From Candidatus Fermentibacterota bacterium (GTDB lineage Bacteria > JAFGKV01): a DNA stretch of 47,922 bases. Location: positions 1-47,922 of the forward strand of contig JAFGKV010000004.1 of assembly GCA_016928395.1 (NCBI GenBank), read 5' to 3'. Both the position numbers and the translations under genes were made by a program. Shown here in pieces: positions 10,001-24,384 of this stretch (position 1 is the stretch's first letter; the number at the start of each line of letters is the position of its first letter). Under the pieces are notes generated by a model. The model did no database searches. It worked only from the letters and a program-made list of their open reading frames with translations, and was not told where the DNA came from.

Positions 10001-11199
10001 CGGTGCACGAGGGAAGCGCGTGGGGTCAGAGCAGCCCCATTCTCACCATGCCATGGCTGGGCGACGCCGAGAGCGCCATCGTGGAATGGCCGTCGGGGAC
10101 GATCCAGCGGGTGGATCTTGCTGGCCCGGGAATGCTCTCCATTGTCGAGGCCAGGCCCACCGTGGACCTCGCCCTGAGGGCCATGGGCCTTCCCTTGGCC
10201 ATCTCCCACGGCGAGTCGCGCCTCAAGGTCTGTGCTGCCGTGCAGGATAATGGCACCACCCCTTGTACCGGGAACGTCGTGACCCTTGCAGTTGCCGATG
10301 AAGGCGGCATCACCGTGTACACTGACTCGTTGAGCGCCGAAGACGCGCCGGGGCCGATCGCGGGCTTCGACGGGGTACCCGCGCCACCATCGGGTGCGAG
10401 CTACACGTACACCGTGACCGCGGTGGCTCTTGGCGATGAGGCCGCCTGGAACAATGAACAGATACAGATCGTCACCGGTGGCGAACCTCACGAAGACTTC
10501 GAGCTGCCGCCGGTCTACTGGGATCTGCCGTCATCGTGGCGATGGGCTCGCTCAAGTCCCGTTCATCCGGCCTTTGCTGGGGAAGGATTGCTTGTGCTGG
10601 AGGCATCCGAAGATGAGCCGGCCGCGCTCTCCCCGTTCTACCCGGTGACGACGGGCACCGTAGTGGCGGTGCGCTTCATGGGCTCGTGGAGCCTGGGAAG
10701 CGACTCGGTGGTGGTCACCGTCAGGCAGGTCGATCTGGACCTGGGCAGGCTGGTCTTGGGCGGCACGGCTCACTATTGGGGGCATCAAGTCCTGGAGTTC
10801 CAGGTTGCAGAACCCGGTGATATTCAGGTGGAGTGGCGCAGCGTGGCTGCCAACGGCGGCGACCCCGACGCGTTCTTCCGCGTAGATGATGTCGAGGTGG
10901 TTGTCGTGGCGTCCGGCCAGCCCGAGACCATGCCGACGGTGTTGTCGGTCTTTGGGCCCTGGCCGAATCCGACCCGGGGAACCCTGACGTGGAGTCTCAG
11001 TGTTCCCCGCGCCGCAACGGGACGCCTGGAGGCATATGATCTTCTGGGCCGTCGTGCCGTCGTGCATGACCTGGGCTTTCTGCCGTCTGGAACGCAGCGG
11101 GTGGTACTCAACACAGACAGGCTGGCGCCGGGCATCTACGTGGCGAGGTTCACTGTAGAGTCTTCAACGTGTGTCCGGCCTTTCGTACGGCTTCGATAG
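7072..11199 (+). CDS. Secreted S8 (subtilisin-like) serine protease with FG-GAP/ASPIC-like repeats and a T9SS/FlgD-like C-terminal domain
   Basis: SD AGGAG before ATG 7072; signal peptide; triad ISDTG / GHGT / GTSAS plus SAGN oxyanion motif; repeated 'WGDYDNDGxxDL' units; C-terminal 'PNP...YDLLGRR...LAPGIY'. Confidence 0.9.
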   Translation: MGRLSLFVTLAILAHTASAGDYAPGRLVVKLEPAAASQLLSGGATGNAALDDYFAALRPRQVRRLAAARRDGRNEALRRRFGSDGVLAFSFTGDRDPAAVAAKLADMPGVVYAHPDYYARIAAEPNDPLYPHQYAMPRMSMPAAWDIARGSASVIIGISDTGTDWNHPDLRDIIRINPAEDVNGNSVFDNFPADSGGDLDGIDADGNGYVDDVIGWDFVTADNVAEGEDGLPPDPDPMDFDGHGTATAGIAGAATDNGVFVAGTSWGCTIMPLRTFYRHPSGSGTAVASDIIEAFYYAADNGVDVLSMSFRSGGSEGLEDAALYAHAAGVFLVASAGNEGSETAPAPAGYPQVLAVAATQQQDLKASFSNYGAWVGVSAPGVDIWTTAFDDTYMADFGGTSASCPYVAGMAGLLLSHNPSLTNVDLYYRLVGTADEIDSVNPEFRGALGCGRLNGFRALTESPHPALRLVAVQVDDTTGGNGDGLLGPGETAILSFAVRNYWEDAPTVAGAVLSADPHITVDSTSTVMFGPIPTDSVVASPEGICVTVSTDAEIGYHVPFTLRLTSGAYTEDVLFHIPMAAQMLIDAAADFGLSGVSGGITAVFADYDGDDDPDLYRSAWSGTPALYRNDGDTLIDVTASAGLPVSGQGQGAAWGDYDNDGDPDLARGTAAGLALFRNDDGVFTDVSASAGFSSSSPRNFAPVWGDFDNDGWLDLFVTHQQQVNQLLCNNGDGTFTDVASTAGVASDSVSYGASWADFDRDGDLDLFVANYGSVWQGQVNQFYVNQGDGTFLECAASLGLADEALISTGGLWGDYDGDGWLDLYVTNKGSAGQPNRLYRNIQGAGFVRQPQAGLEDPRSSSSAAWVDFDGDGRLDLLVSNTQGGALYRNFGSTFGDATESAPLAFNGLVAAVADLDGDGDDDIYVGSPAGDRILLNLSDPASALRVCLEGAPGPWGSPRDAAGARVTLDGCRRVTRTVHEGSAWGQSSPILTMPWLGDAESAIVEWPSGTIQRVDLAGPGMLSIVEARPTVDLALRAMGLPLAISHGESRLKVCAAVQDNGTTPCTGNVVTLAVADEGGITVYTDSLSAEDAPGPIAGFDGVPAPPSGASYTYTVTAVALGDEAAWNNEQIQIVTGGEPHEDFELPPVYWDLPSSWRWARSSPVHPAFAGEGLLVLEASEDEPAALSPFYPVTTGTVVAVRFMGSWSLGSDSVVVTVRQVDLDLGRLVLGGTAHYWGHQVLEFQVAEPGDIQVEWRSVAANGGDPDAFFRVDDVEVVVVASGQPETMPTVLSVFGPWPNPTRGTLTWSLSVPRAATGRLEAYDLLGRRAVVHDLGFLPSGTQRVVLNTDRLAPGIYVARFTVESSTCVRPFVRLR

Positions 11200-11235
11200 C
11201 GGAATGCACCTCGTGGATTCGGGAAGGAGCACGAC

Positions 11236-12198
11236 ATGACTGAGGAGATCAAGGCAGCCTCGCTGGACACCGCGCGGTTCATCGAAGAACAGGTGGCTGA
11301 GATCAAAACCGCAGTGGGAGACGGCAGGGCGATCAATGCCCTGTCGGGCGGCATTGACTCATCGACGGTCACCATGCTGGGCCATCGGGCCCTGGGAGCC
11401 CGGTTGAAGACCGTATTCATCGACAACGGCCTGATGCGCCAGGACGAGCCCGCGCGGGTGGCGGCACTGTTCACGGCCTTGGGGGTCACGGTTGACGTGA
11501 TTGATGCCAGAACGGAGTTCTTCTCTGCCCTCAAGGGCATCACTGATCCGGAGGAGAAGCGGGAAGCCATCACCCAGGCATTCTACCGAGACGTCTTCGG
11601 CCGCATCGTACGCGACAGCGGCGCCACCTGTCTGCTCCAGGGCACCATCCTTACCGACATCGACGAGACCGTGGCCGGCATAAAACGCCAGCACAATGTG
11701 TTCGCACAACTGGGCATCGACCCCCAGGCCGCGTTTGGGTACCGAATCCTTGAGCCGCTGGTGCGGCTCCGCAAGGATGGGGTCAGGAAGTTGGGCAAGG
11801 CCTTGGGACTCCCGGACGAGCTGTTCCGGCGAATTCCATTCCCTGGTCCTGCCTTGGCGGCCCGGGTGATCGGCGAAGCGACGCCCGAACGTATCGAGAC
11901 CGTGCGCAAGGCCACGGTGGTGGTGGAGCGGCTGCTGAAGGACACGGAGGCATTTCAGTATCTGGCGATCCTGCATGAAGACCGGGTCACCGGGATGCGG
12001 AATGGGAGGCGGGATTTCGGACAGCAGATCGAGGTGCGATGCTGGGACAGTGTGGATGCCCGCACTGCTGCTCCCACCGCGCTATCCTTCGACAGGTTGC
12101 GCGTTCTGGCCGACGAGATCATCCGCGAGGTACCGGGCGTGGTCAGTGTGACCTGCAACATCGCCTCGAAGCCTCCCTCCACCATCGAGGCGGTATAG
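11236..12198 (+). CDS. GMP synthase ATP-pyrophosphatase subunit (subunit B type, no glutaminase domain)
   Basis: PP-loop 'ALSGGIDSS', 'DNGLMR', 'DPEEKR', 'LQGT', 'PFPGPALAAR', C-terminal 'KPPSTIE'; SD AAGGAG. Confidence 0.85.
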   Translation: MTEEIKAASLDTARFIEEQVAEIKTAVGDGRAINALSGGIDSSTVTMLGHRALGARLKTVFIDNGLMRQDEPARVAALFTALGVTVDVIDARTEFFSALKGITDPEEKREAITQAFYRDVFGRIVRDSGATCLLQGTILTDIDETVAGIKRQHNVFAQLGIDPQAAFGYRILEPLVRLRKDGVRKLGKALGLPDELFRRIPFPGPALAARVIGEATPERIETVRKATVVVERLLKDTEAFQYLAILHEDRVTGMRNGRRDFGQQIEVRCWDSVDARTAAPTALSFDRLRVLADEIIREVPGVVSVTCNIASKPPSTIEAV

Positions 12199-12329
12199 GG
12201 TTCTCGGCGGGAAGCGTGGGATCCGCAGCGACACGCCGGATTAGTGAGCCCGGCGGGAGGATTTGCCGTCCCGGCACGAGATCTGCTGAGTTGGTGTCAT
12301 CTGCCTCAGCCTGAACCGTGGAGGATTCC

Positions 12330-14846
12330 GTGCACCTGCGAATCATGAAGACCGGGATGATCGTCATGGCCGTAGTCAGCGTTGTGCTGGCCGGGCTCTA
12401 CCTCGTCCGCGACTTCACCAAAGTCGCCACCATGGTGCGCATGGGTGACATCTGGAGCATGGTGCAGCTCTCTGATGCGCCCTCGTCGGCGTTCATCGAA
12501 GTTGATCGCCGCGACTTCCCCGAACCCCCGTTTCCCGTTGCGGGTGACACCCTGCTCACCATTGATGGCAAAGCCGTCTCAGCCGAAACCTACTTCACGA
12601 TCTTCACCACCCACACTGCGCCGGGCTCCCGCCACGGCCTCACCTTCCTCCACGACGGCCAGGTATTCACCACGGACGCGGTCACCCGTGCCATTCCGTT
12701 GCCCCTGAAGATCCAGGTGGTGGCGCTTCACGTGCTCACCGTCGTGTTCACGCTCGGCCTTCTCGGTATTGGGATATGGGCCTATGCGACGAAGCCTTCG
12801 GCGGCGGCCGTTCGAGTCATGACGCTGCTGTGTCTCACCATGGCGCTCTCCAGTCTCATGTCACGCAGTGGCGTTGCCGGCGCCTACGCGACGTTCCAGC
12901 TCCCCCGGGTCGTGTTCAATCTCATCGGCGTCATCGGCCTCTTCTCCGGCGCCTTCTGGGTTCACCTCCAGTTGGTATTCCCTACCAAGGCATCGTGGTG
13001 TGCGGGTCATCGTGGCCAGGCACTCATCACGCTCTACGGACCCCTCGCGGCGTCATTGCTGCTGCGGTTGGCGCCGCCGCCGGTCCGCGAGCCTGCGATC
13101 CAGACCGTGGTCACCTCGTACTGGCTGCTCGGCTTCTTTCTTCTGAGCCGCAATCACCGCCAGGCCGCCAGTCTTCTCCAGCGCCGCCAGACAAGGCTCG
13201 TACTCTGGGGATCGGCCCCCGCAGTCTTGACGGGCCTGGCTATCGGCTGGAGCGGGGTCCTGGCGGGACCGTGGTTCAGGAGTCTCCCCTATGCCACGAA
13301 GCTCGCCGTGTTGAATGTCAACTCCCTGCTCCTGGTGTTCATTCCTCTCTCCGTGGGTTATGCCTTTGGCAAGTACCGGCTTCTTGAGGTGGAAACGAAG
13401 CTGAAACGCGGCACGAGGTTCCTGTTGACCACCGGGGCGACCGTCGTGCTGCTGCTGGCCGCCTGCGCTGTGCTCTATCTCGGCGCATCGCGTCTCTTCG
13501 CGCAACTGGGAGTAAGGGGTGAGTTCCCGCCCAACGCGGTGGCCGTCGTGCTGGCGCTGGGGTTTCTTCCGGCCCACTTCTCACTCCGCCGCTCCTTGGA
13601 GAACCGCATCTACCCCGAGCGCGCGCGACTGCATGCCATGCTGCAGGGCTTTCTGCAACAGCCGCACACAAGCCGATCCTTCTGGCTGGAGCTGGCACAG
13701 CAGCTCCGTGACGGCATAGGAGCCAGCGCCGTGTACCCGCTCCTGCGACGACGGGATGCGCTACCCTTCGCGGTCGAGTGCTGCGAACTGGCCCCGTTCC
13801 GTGCCGATGATCAGTTCAGTGAAGCCGTGCTCAAGGCTCGCCACCCCTTGCCGATGGATGAGATCGTCGCCAGCGGCCGCGTCCCTCTCACCGGCGATCA
13901 ACGGGAATGGCTTTCCCAGCGTGATGCGGCGTTGATCGTGCCCTTGGCAACCGTCTCAGGCCTCCGCGGCATTCTGGTGGTAAGTGCTCGTCTGGAGGGT
14001 GACGATTATGCTCCCGAGGAGCTGGAAATCCTGCGGGTGATGGCCACGCAGATCGCCTTGGTCGCCGAGACCATCGAGTTACTGGAAGAGCGGGTCGAGC
14101 GCCAACGTCTGCAGGAGGAGATCCGCCTCGCACGGCAGATCCAGGAGGGCCTGCTGCCCGGGAATCTGCCCGTCACGCCCGGGCTGGAGACAGCGGCGCA
14201 CATCCGCTTCAGCACTGACGTGGCTGGCGACTACTATGATGTGATTCCTCTCGATCGCGACAGAACGCTGGTGGCTGTAGGCGATGTGACCGGCAAGGGT
14301 ATGGGGGCTGCGCTCATCATGTCCAACCTGCAGGCTGCGCTGCGGGCCATCGGTGGGGTGGATCTCCCCCTGAGCCAGGCGGTGGGACAGATCAACTCGT
14401 TGATTCATGACAATACGCCCTCCGACCTGTTCATCACCGTGTTCGTGGCCGTCTACGACTCCCGCACGGGAGATCTCACCTACGTGAACGCGGGCCACGA
14501 CCCACCGATCGTGTGTACCGCCGGCGGTGAAATCCGGCGACTGCCCGCCACAGGCCTCCTGATCGGCGTGATCCGGGGCACGGCCTACCACGAACGGAGG
14601 GTTCATCTGAACCCCGGCGATCTCCTCTTCGTGTACACCGATGGGGCCAGCGAGGCTATGAATGACGATGAAGAGGAGTTCGGAGATGCCAGGCTCGCCG
14701 CTTTGGTGGCCGCGCACCGCGAGGCGCCCCTATCGAGGATGCTGGCGACTGTCGAAGAAGAGGTGAGGCGCTTCCACGGGGGCAGGCCCCTTCAGGACGA
14801 CGTGACCCTTCTCGCCGTCCGCCGCCTGCTGGAGACCACGCTGTAA
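12330..14846 (+). CDS. Multi-pass membrane PP2C/SpoIIE (RsbU-like) phosphatase with PDZ-like and GAF domains
   Basis: 'GDTLLTIDG' (PDZ-like), many TM helices, GAF ('LIVPL...GILVV'), PP2C motifs AGDYYD, GDVTGKG, YVNAGH, YTDG, DDVT; GTG 12330 follows GGAGG (alternative starts 12318/12345). Confidence 0.85.
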   Translation: MHLRIMKTGMIVMAVVSVVLAGLYLVRDFTKVATMVRMGDIWSMVQLSDAPSSAFIEVDRRDFPEPPFPVAGDTLLTIDGKAVSAETYFTIFTTHTAPGSRHGLTFLHDGQVFTTDAVTRAIPLPLKIQVVALHVLTVVFTLGLLGIGIWAYATKPSAAAVRVMTLLCLTMALSSLMSRSGVAGAYATFQLPRVVFNLIGVIGLFSGAFWVHLQLVFPTKASWCAGHRGQALITLYGPLAASLLLRLAPPPVREPAIQTVVTSYWLLGFFLLSRNHRQAASLLQRRQTRLVLWGSAPAVLTGLAIGWSGVLAGPWFRSLPYATKLAVLNVNSLLLVFIPLSVGYAFGKYRLLEVETKLKRGTRFLLTTGATVVLLLAACAVLYLGASRLFAQLGVRGEFPPNAVAVVLALGFLPAHFSLRRSLENRIYPERARLHAMLQGFLQQPHTSRSFWLELAQQLRDGIGASAVYPLLRRRDALPFAVECCELAPFRADDQFSEAVLKARHPLPMDEIVASGRVPLTGDQREWLSQRDAALIVPLATVSGLRGILVVSARLEGDDYAPEELEILRVMATQIALVAETIELLEERVERQRLQEEIRLARQIQEGLLPGNLPVTPGLETAAHIRFSTDVAGDYYDVIPLDRDRTLVAVGDVTGKGMGAALIMSNLQAALRAIGGVDLPLSQAVGQINSLIHDNTPSDLFITVFVAVYDSRTGDLTYVNAGHDPPIVCTAGGEIRRLPATGLLIGVIRGTAYHERRVHLNPGDLLFVYTDGASEAMNDDEEEFGDARLAALVAAHREAPLSRMLATVEEEVRRFHGGRPLQDDVTLLAVRRLLETTL

Positions 14847-14899
14847 CGCCGGCGCGGCGCCGCGAACAGCCTCTCAATGAACTTGAAAAAACAAAGTCC

Positions 14900-14940
14900 A
14901 TGCGTGGGCACTCTGACCCATGCCTGTGCGCCCGCATATA
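14900..14940 (-). terminator. Probable intrinsic terminator between convergent genes
   Basis: Imperfect stem atgcgtgggcac...gtgcgcccgcat, followed on the minus strand by a T-rich tract (+ strand aaaaaacaaa). Confidence 0.4.
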
Positions 14941-14954
14941 CCCTCGACGGCGGC

Positions 14955-16319
14955 TCAGAACCGGATGGCCACCTCTACCGCCGGCGCCGGGCGCCGGCTC
15001 GTCGATAGTGTATGCACTGACAGCCGAGGCGTGAGGGATACCGAGGCCGCCCCGCGATCTTCGGAGGAGCCGAGGGAATAGGCCGCCCGTTGTGTCGTGT
15101 CCATCTTCCTCGTTGCTCTGATGCCGGCGTATACCCCCCCGAGACTGCCCGCCGCCGCCAAGGCGATGGCCGGGTCTTCATCGCTCACTTGGGCGATAAG
15201 GGCGATGCCGAATCCGGCGATTCCGCCCAGAACACCCGCCATGTTGCAGACCCGAACTCGAGCCCGACTCACGGGCGAACCCCTGCCGGCCAGCAGGCCG
15301 GCAGACACCGCAATATCGCTGCCGATGAGCATGTCGCGAAGCACCTGGTCACCGTCATGATCTGCCAGCACCCCCGCAACTGCACCGAGCCAGGCCCCCC
15401 AGGGAAGCCCCGAGTTGGCGATCTCCGCGTGCCCGGGCGTCAAGTCGGCAGTGCCTGTCAACACGGTGGCCGCACCGATTCCCACAAGCCCTGCGGCGGT
15501 GCCCGCGGCAACGACCTGGCGGCCAGTCCTATCGCCCGCCCCAGCCCAGCCGATCCCCTGCCAGGTGCCCAGATGCCCGCCTAAGGAGATCATCCCGGCC
15601 CGGCCATCGCTGATCTGGGCATGCTTCGTGGCCTGGCTGGCCAGGAACAGACTCGCCGTGGGAATGACCAGAAGAGGAAGGCCATACTCTGCGGCGGAGT
15701 TGGCGCGGGCGATAATGGGAGTCGCGATGCCCAGCCACAGCCCATAGTACCCGCTGAAGACCAGAAGCTCCGTGCGGCCGGACTGGTCATACAGCGAGCC
15801 AGGCAAAAACAGCCCGCGAGCAGTGGCTAATCCTCGGAACGTATCCCGCAGTTCCACCAGCGCATCGGCCGTAGTGCCCTCATTGATGGCCGCACTCACC
15901 AGACGATGGGCCGCGTCGTACTCCCCGCGGGACGCCAGAAGCAGGCACGCGCGCTCCACGCAGGGAAGCGGCTCGCCGACTTCCTCCAAAGGCGCGCGTC
16001 GGGCCGCCCAGTATCGCTCCACGAGATGCGCGTGAATCCGTGTATGCTCGACCACCGATGGCGCAACCGGGATCGCGCGGGTCCGCAGCCTCGCCGGCTC
16101 GCCGACGGTGTAGTGGAGGCGGAAGTCTCCCTTGGGGGTGCGCGTCAGATGGGCCGAAACGAAACCCTCCACATCGGGGAAGAGGTGGTATCCCTCCTGT
16201 TCGGATGCGTCGATTTCAGACCCTAAGGAATCGGTGAGTGCAAAAGGCTCGCCCGGCGTTGCCGCCTGCACCCAACTCACGACCACCATGAGCACGATAG
16301 AAACCAACGAACTCCGCAT
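14955..16319 (-). CDS. Hypothetical exported/membrane protein rich in glycine-zipper helices
   Basis: GGAGG SD before ATG 16319; signal peptide; repeated GxxxG hydrophobic helices; ends in Phe (VEVAIRF). Confidence 0.6.
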   Translation of the reverse strand: MRSSLVSIVLMVVVSWVQAATPGEPFALTDSLGSEIDASEQEGYHLFPDVEGFVSAHLTRTPKGDFRLHYTVGEPARLRTRAIPVAPSVVEHTRIHAHLVERYWAARRAPLEEVGEPLPCVERACLLLASRGEYDAAHRLVSAAINEGTTADALVELRDTFRGLATARGLFLPGSLYDQSGRTELLVFSGYYGLWLGIATPIIARANSAAEYGLPLLVIPTASLFLASQATKHAQISDGRAGMISLGGHLGTWQGIGWAGAGDRTGRQVVAAGTAAGLVGIGAATVLTGTADLTPGHAEIANSGLPWGAWLGAVAGVLADHDGDQVLRDMLIGSDIAVSAGLLAGRGSPVSRARVRVCNMAGVLGGIAGFGIALIAQVSDEDPAIALAAAGSLGGVYAGIRATRKMDTTQRAAYSLGSSEDRGAASVSLTPRLSVHTLSTSRRPAPAVEVAIRF

Positions 16320-16516
16320 CACAGGGACCTCCCCTCTCGCCGACACGGGGGATCGCCGGGCGATCAGGTCCGACAAGGCTGTGCCAGCACGCCGAGGAAA
16401 CACCATCTCCCGGATCCCGTGAATATGGCGATCCCTTGGGGTCTACGCCACCACATCATGGCATGCGAAGGGGATGGCTGTCCGCCTGCATCCTTGGCGC
16501 CACGATAGTCTGGTAT

Positions 16517-16695
16517 GCGGGTTCTCCGGGTTCTGAGGTCTCCCGCTGAGGGGGCCGGGGTAGAGGGAACGCCCACTATCCCCGCCGAAGGAGAGACCCG
16601 ATGACACAGCCCGGAGCGGGAACGGTTGAGCGGCCAGACGGCCCCAGTCGCAGATTCGGTCATCGCGAGAACCCGCCCGCGAAACGGGGCGGGTT
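16517..16695 (+). ncRNA. Candidate structured RNA of unknown family
   Basis: Perfect 10-bp closing stem 16517-16526/16667-16676, nested internal helices, and a competing 9-bp hairpin 16670-16695; G-U wobbles favour the + strand. Confidence 0.3.
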
Positions 16696-16793
16696 ATCCT
16701 GGAATCGACCTGCAGGCCACATGGGGCCTCCCCAAAAGCAAACGGCCGGCTCCGTGCAAGGGGGCGATGCACGTGAATGAGTCGGCCGTAAGC

Positions 16794-16828
16794 AGAACAA
16801 TGGGCATCGCTTGTCGGGCGCGATGCCC
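16794..16828 (-). terminator. Terminator-like hairpin downstream of tRNA-fMet
   Basis: 9-bp perfect stem gggcatcgc/gcgatgccc followed by attgttct on the minus strand. Confidence 0.55.
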
Positions 16829-16833
16829 GCATC

Positions 16834-16909
<76 letters not shown>

Positions 16910-16927
16910 ATTCGGTAACGATCCATA

Positions 16928-21071
<4,144 letters not shown>

Positions 21072-21095
21072 GCCGTGTCCTTTCAGTGCGTGATG

Positions 21096-23310
<2,215 letters not shown>

Positions 23311-23313
23311 GCT

Positions 23314-24357
23314 TCATCTCCCAATGTCCATAACGGCCAGAGCGTCGGGCCATCCGCTTTCCCGTCGCGCGCTACTGGCGACCACTTGGCCCGCCTCCAT
23401 GAAATGGCGGACCACTTCCCCGCTGCGCCTGGCATCCAGCTCCAATGCCAGGTCATCAACCAGGCAGAGCGGCGGCTCTCGCATGAGCCTGGCTTGCGCG
23501 ATTTTCAGGGCGAAGGCAACGCTACGCTTCTCGCCGCGGGAGGCAAAGGCCTTGGCAGGCATTCCGCCCAGCGTCACCTCAAGCCCCGCCCGATGAGGGC
23601 CCCATAGGGAATGCCCCCGCGCCACCTCCCGTCGCAGCATTCCCCTGAGGCCCTCTATCGAATCGCCACGGATGCCCGGCTGATACGCGAGGCGTACGGC
23701 CGTTCGGCATCCGGACACCTTCTCATAGATCTCCGGCACCAGCGACTCAACGGCCCGAACCAAATGTGTTCGGCGCTCCTCGATCTCCTTCCCCAGATCA
23801 AACAACTGAGCGGTCCACGGCTCCAGGTCATCCCGAACGCCGGTTCCACCATCATCTCGCCACCGGGCCAGCAGGGAATTGCGCTGCCGAAGCACCTGTG
23901 CGTATCGCACCAGCACCGACAGCAAGCCTCGTTCCTTCTGGCAGGCAAACAGATCTAGCCACCGGCGGGCATGAGCGGGGCTACCCTCTACCAAGAGAAT
24001 GTCCTCGCTGGTGGTAGTTACCACCGCCGTAGACTCGACGAGTTCGCCCAGCCTCGTCAGGGCCCGCCCGTCGACCAGCACCCGCTTGCCCGTGTCAGCC
24101 ACGCGGCACTCCACCCGATGAGGCGTGGCATTCCACACCACGTCGCCCACTGCTTCCATCAATGAAGCGCCATGCCTCACGAGTTGCTCATCGGGGACGC
24201 GCCTGAACGAGCGGCCGACCGCCACCACGTGAAGTCCCTCCAGCATCGATGTCTTGCCGACACCATTCGGACCCACGAGGAGGAGATGCCCGGGCAGGGC
24301 CAAATCCACAGCCCTGTGGACCCGGAAGTCCCGCAGCAGGAGGGAAGAAACCCGCAC
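23314..24357 (-). CDS. recF: DNA replication and repair protein RecF
   Basis: Walker A GPNGVGKT, 'GRSFR', 'QRNSLL', 'GPHR', 'ASRGEKR', 'LVDDLALELD'. Confidence 0.92.
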   Translation of the reverse strand: MRVSSLLLRDFRVHRAVDLALPGHLLLVGPNGVGKTSMLEGLHVVAVGRSFRRVPDEQLVRHGASLMEAVGDVVWNATPHRVECRVADTGKRVLVDGRALTRLGELVESTAVVTTTSEDILLVEGSPAHARRWLDLFACQKERGLLSVLVRYAQVLRQRNSLLARWRDDGGTGVRDDLEPWTAQLFDLGKEIEERRTHLVRAVESLVPEIYEKVSGCRTAVRLAYQPGIRGDSIEGLRGMLRREVARGHSLWGPHRAGLEVTLGGMPAKAFASRGEKRSVAFALKIAQARLMREPPLCLVDDLALELDARRSGEVVRHFMEAGQVVASSARRESGWPDALAVMDIGR

Positions 24358-24384
24358 GGGACGCCCGTCGGACTCGGCCCGTGC

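Noticed and set aside
16557-16650. Cobalamin, SAM-I, glycine or lysine riboswitch (fragments AGGGAA, GAGGGA..GCCC, CGCCGAAGGAG)
   Set aside because: Only isolated fragments match, the other conserved cores are missing, and there is no downstream + strand gene
16686-16710. tmRNA 5'-end-like 'ggggc...ggaatcgac'
   Set aside because: No matching 3' T-arm/CCA half or tag ORF on the + strand
16779-16800. RNase P RNA 3'-end-like sequence on the minus strand
   Set aside because: Lacks ACAGAACCCGG and the GAGGAAAGUCC core
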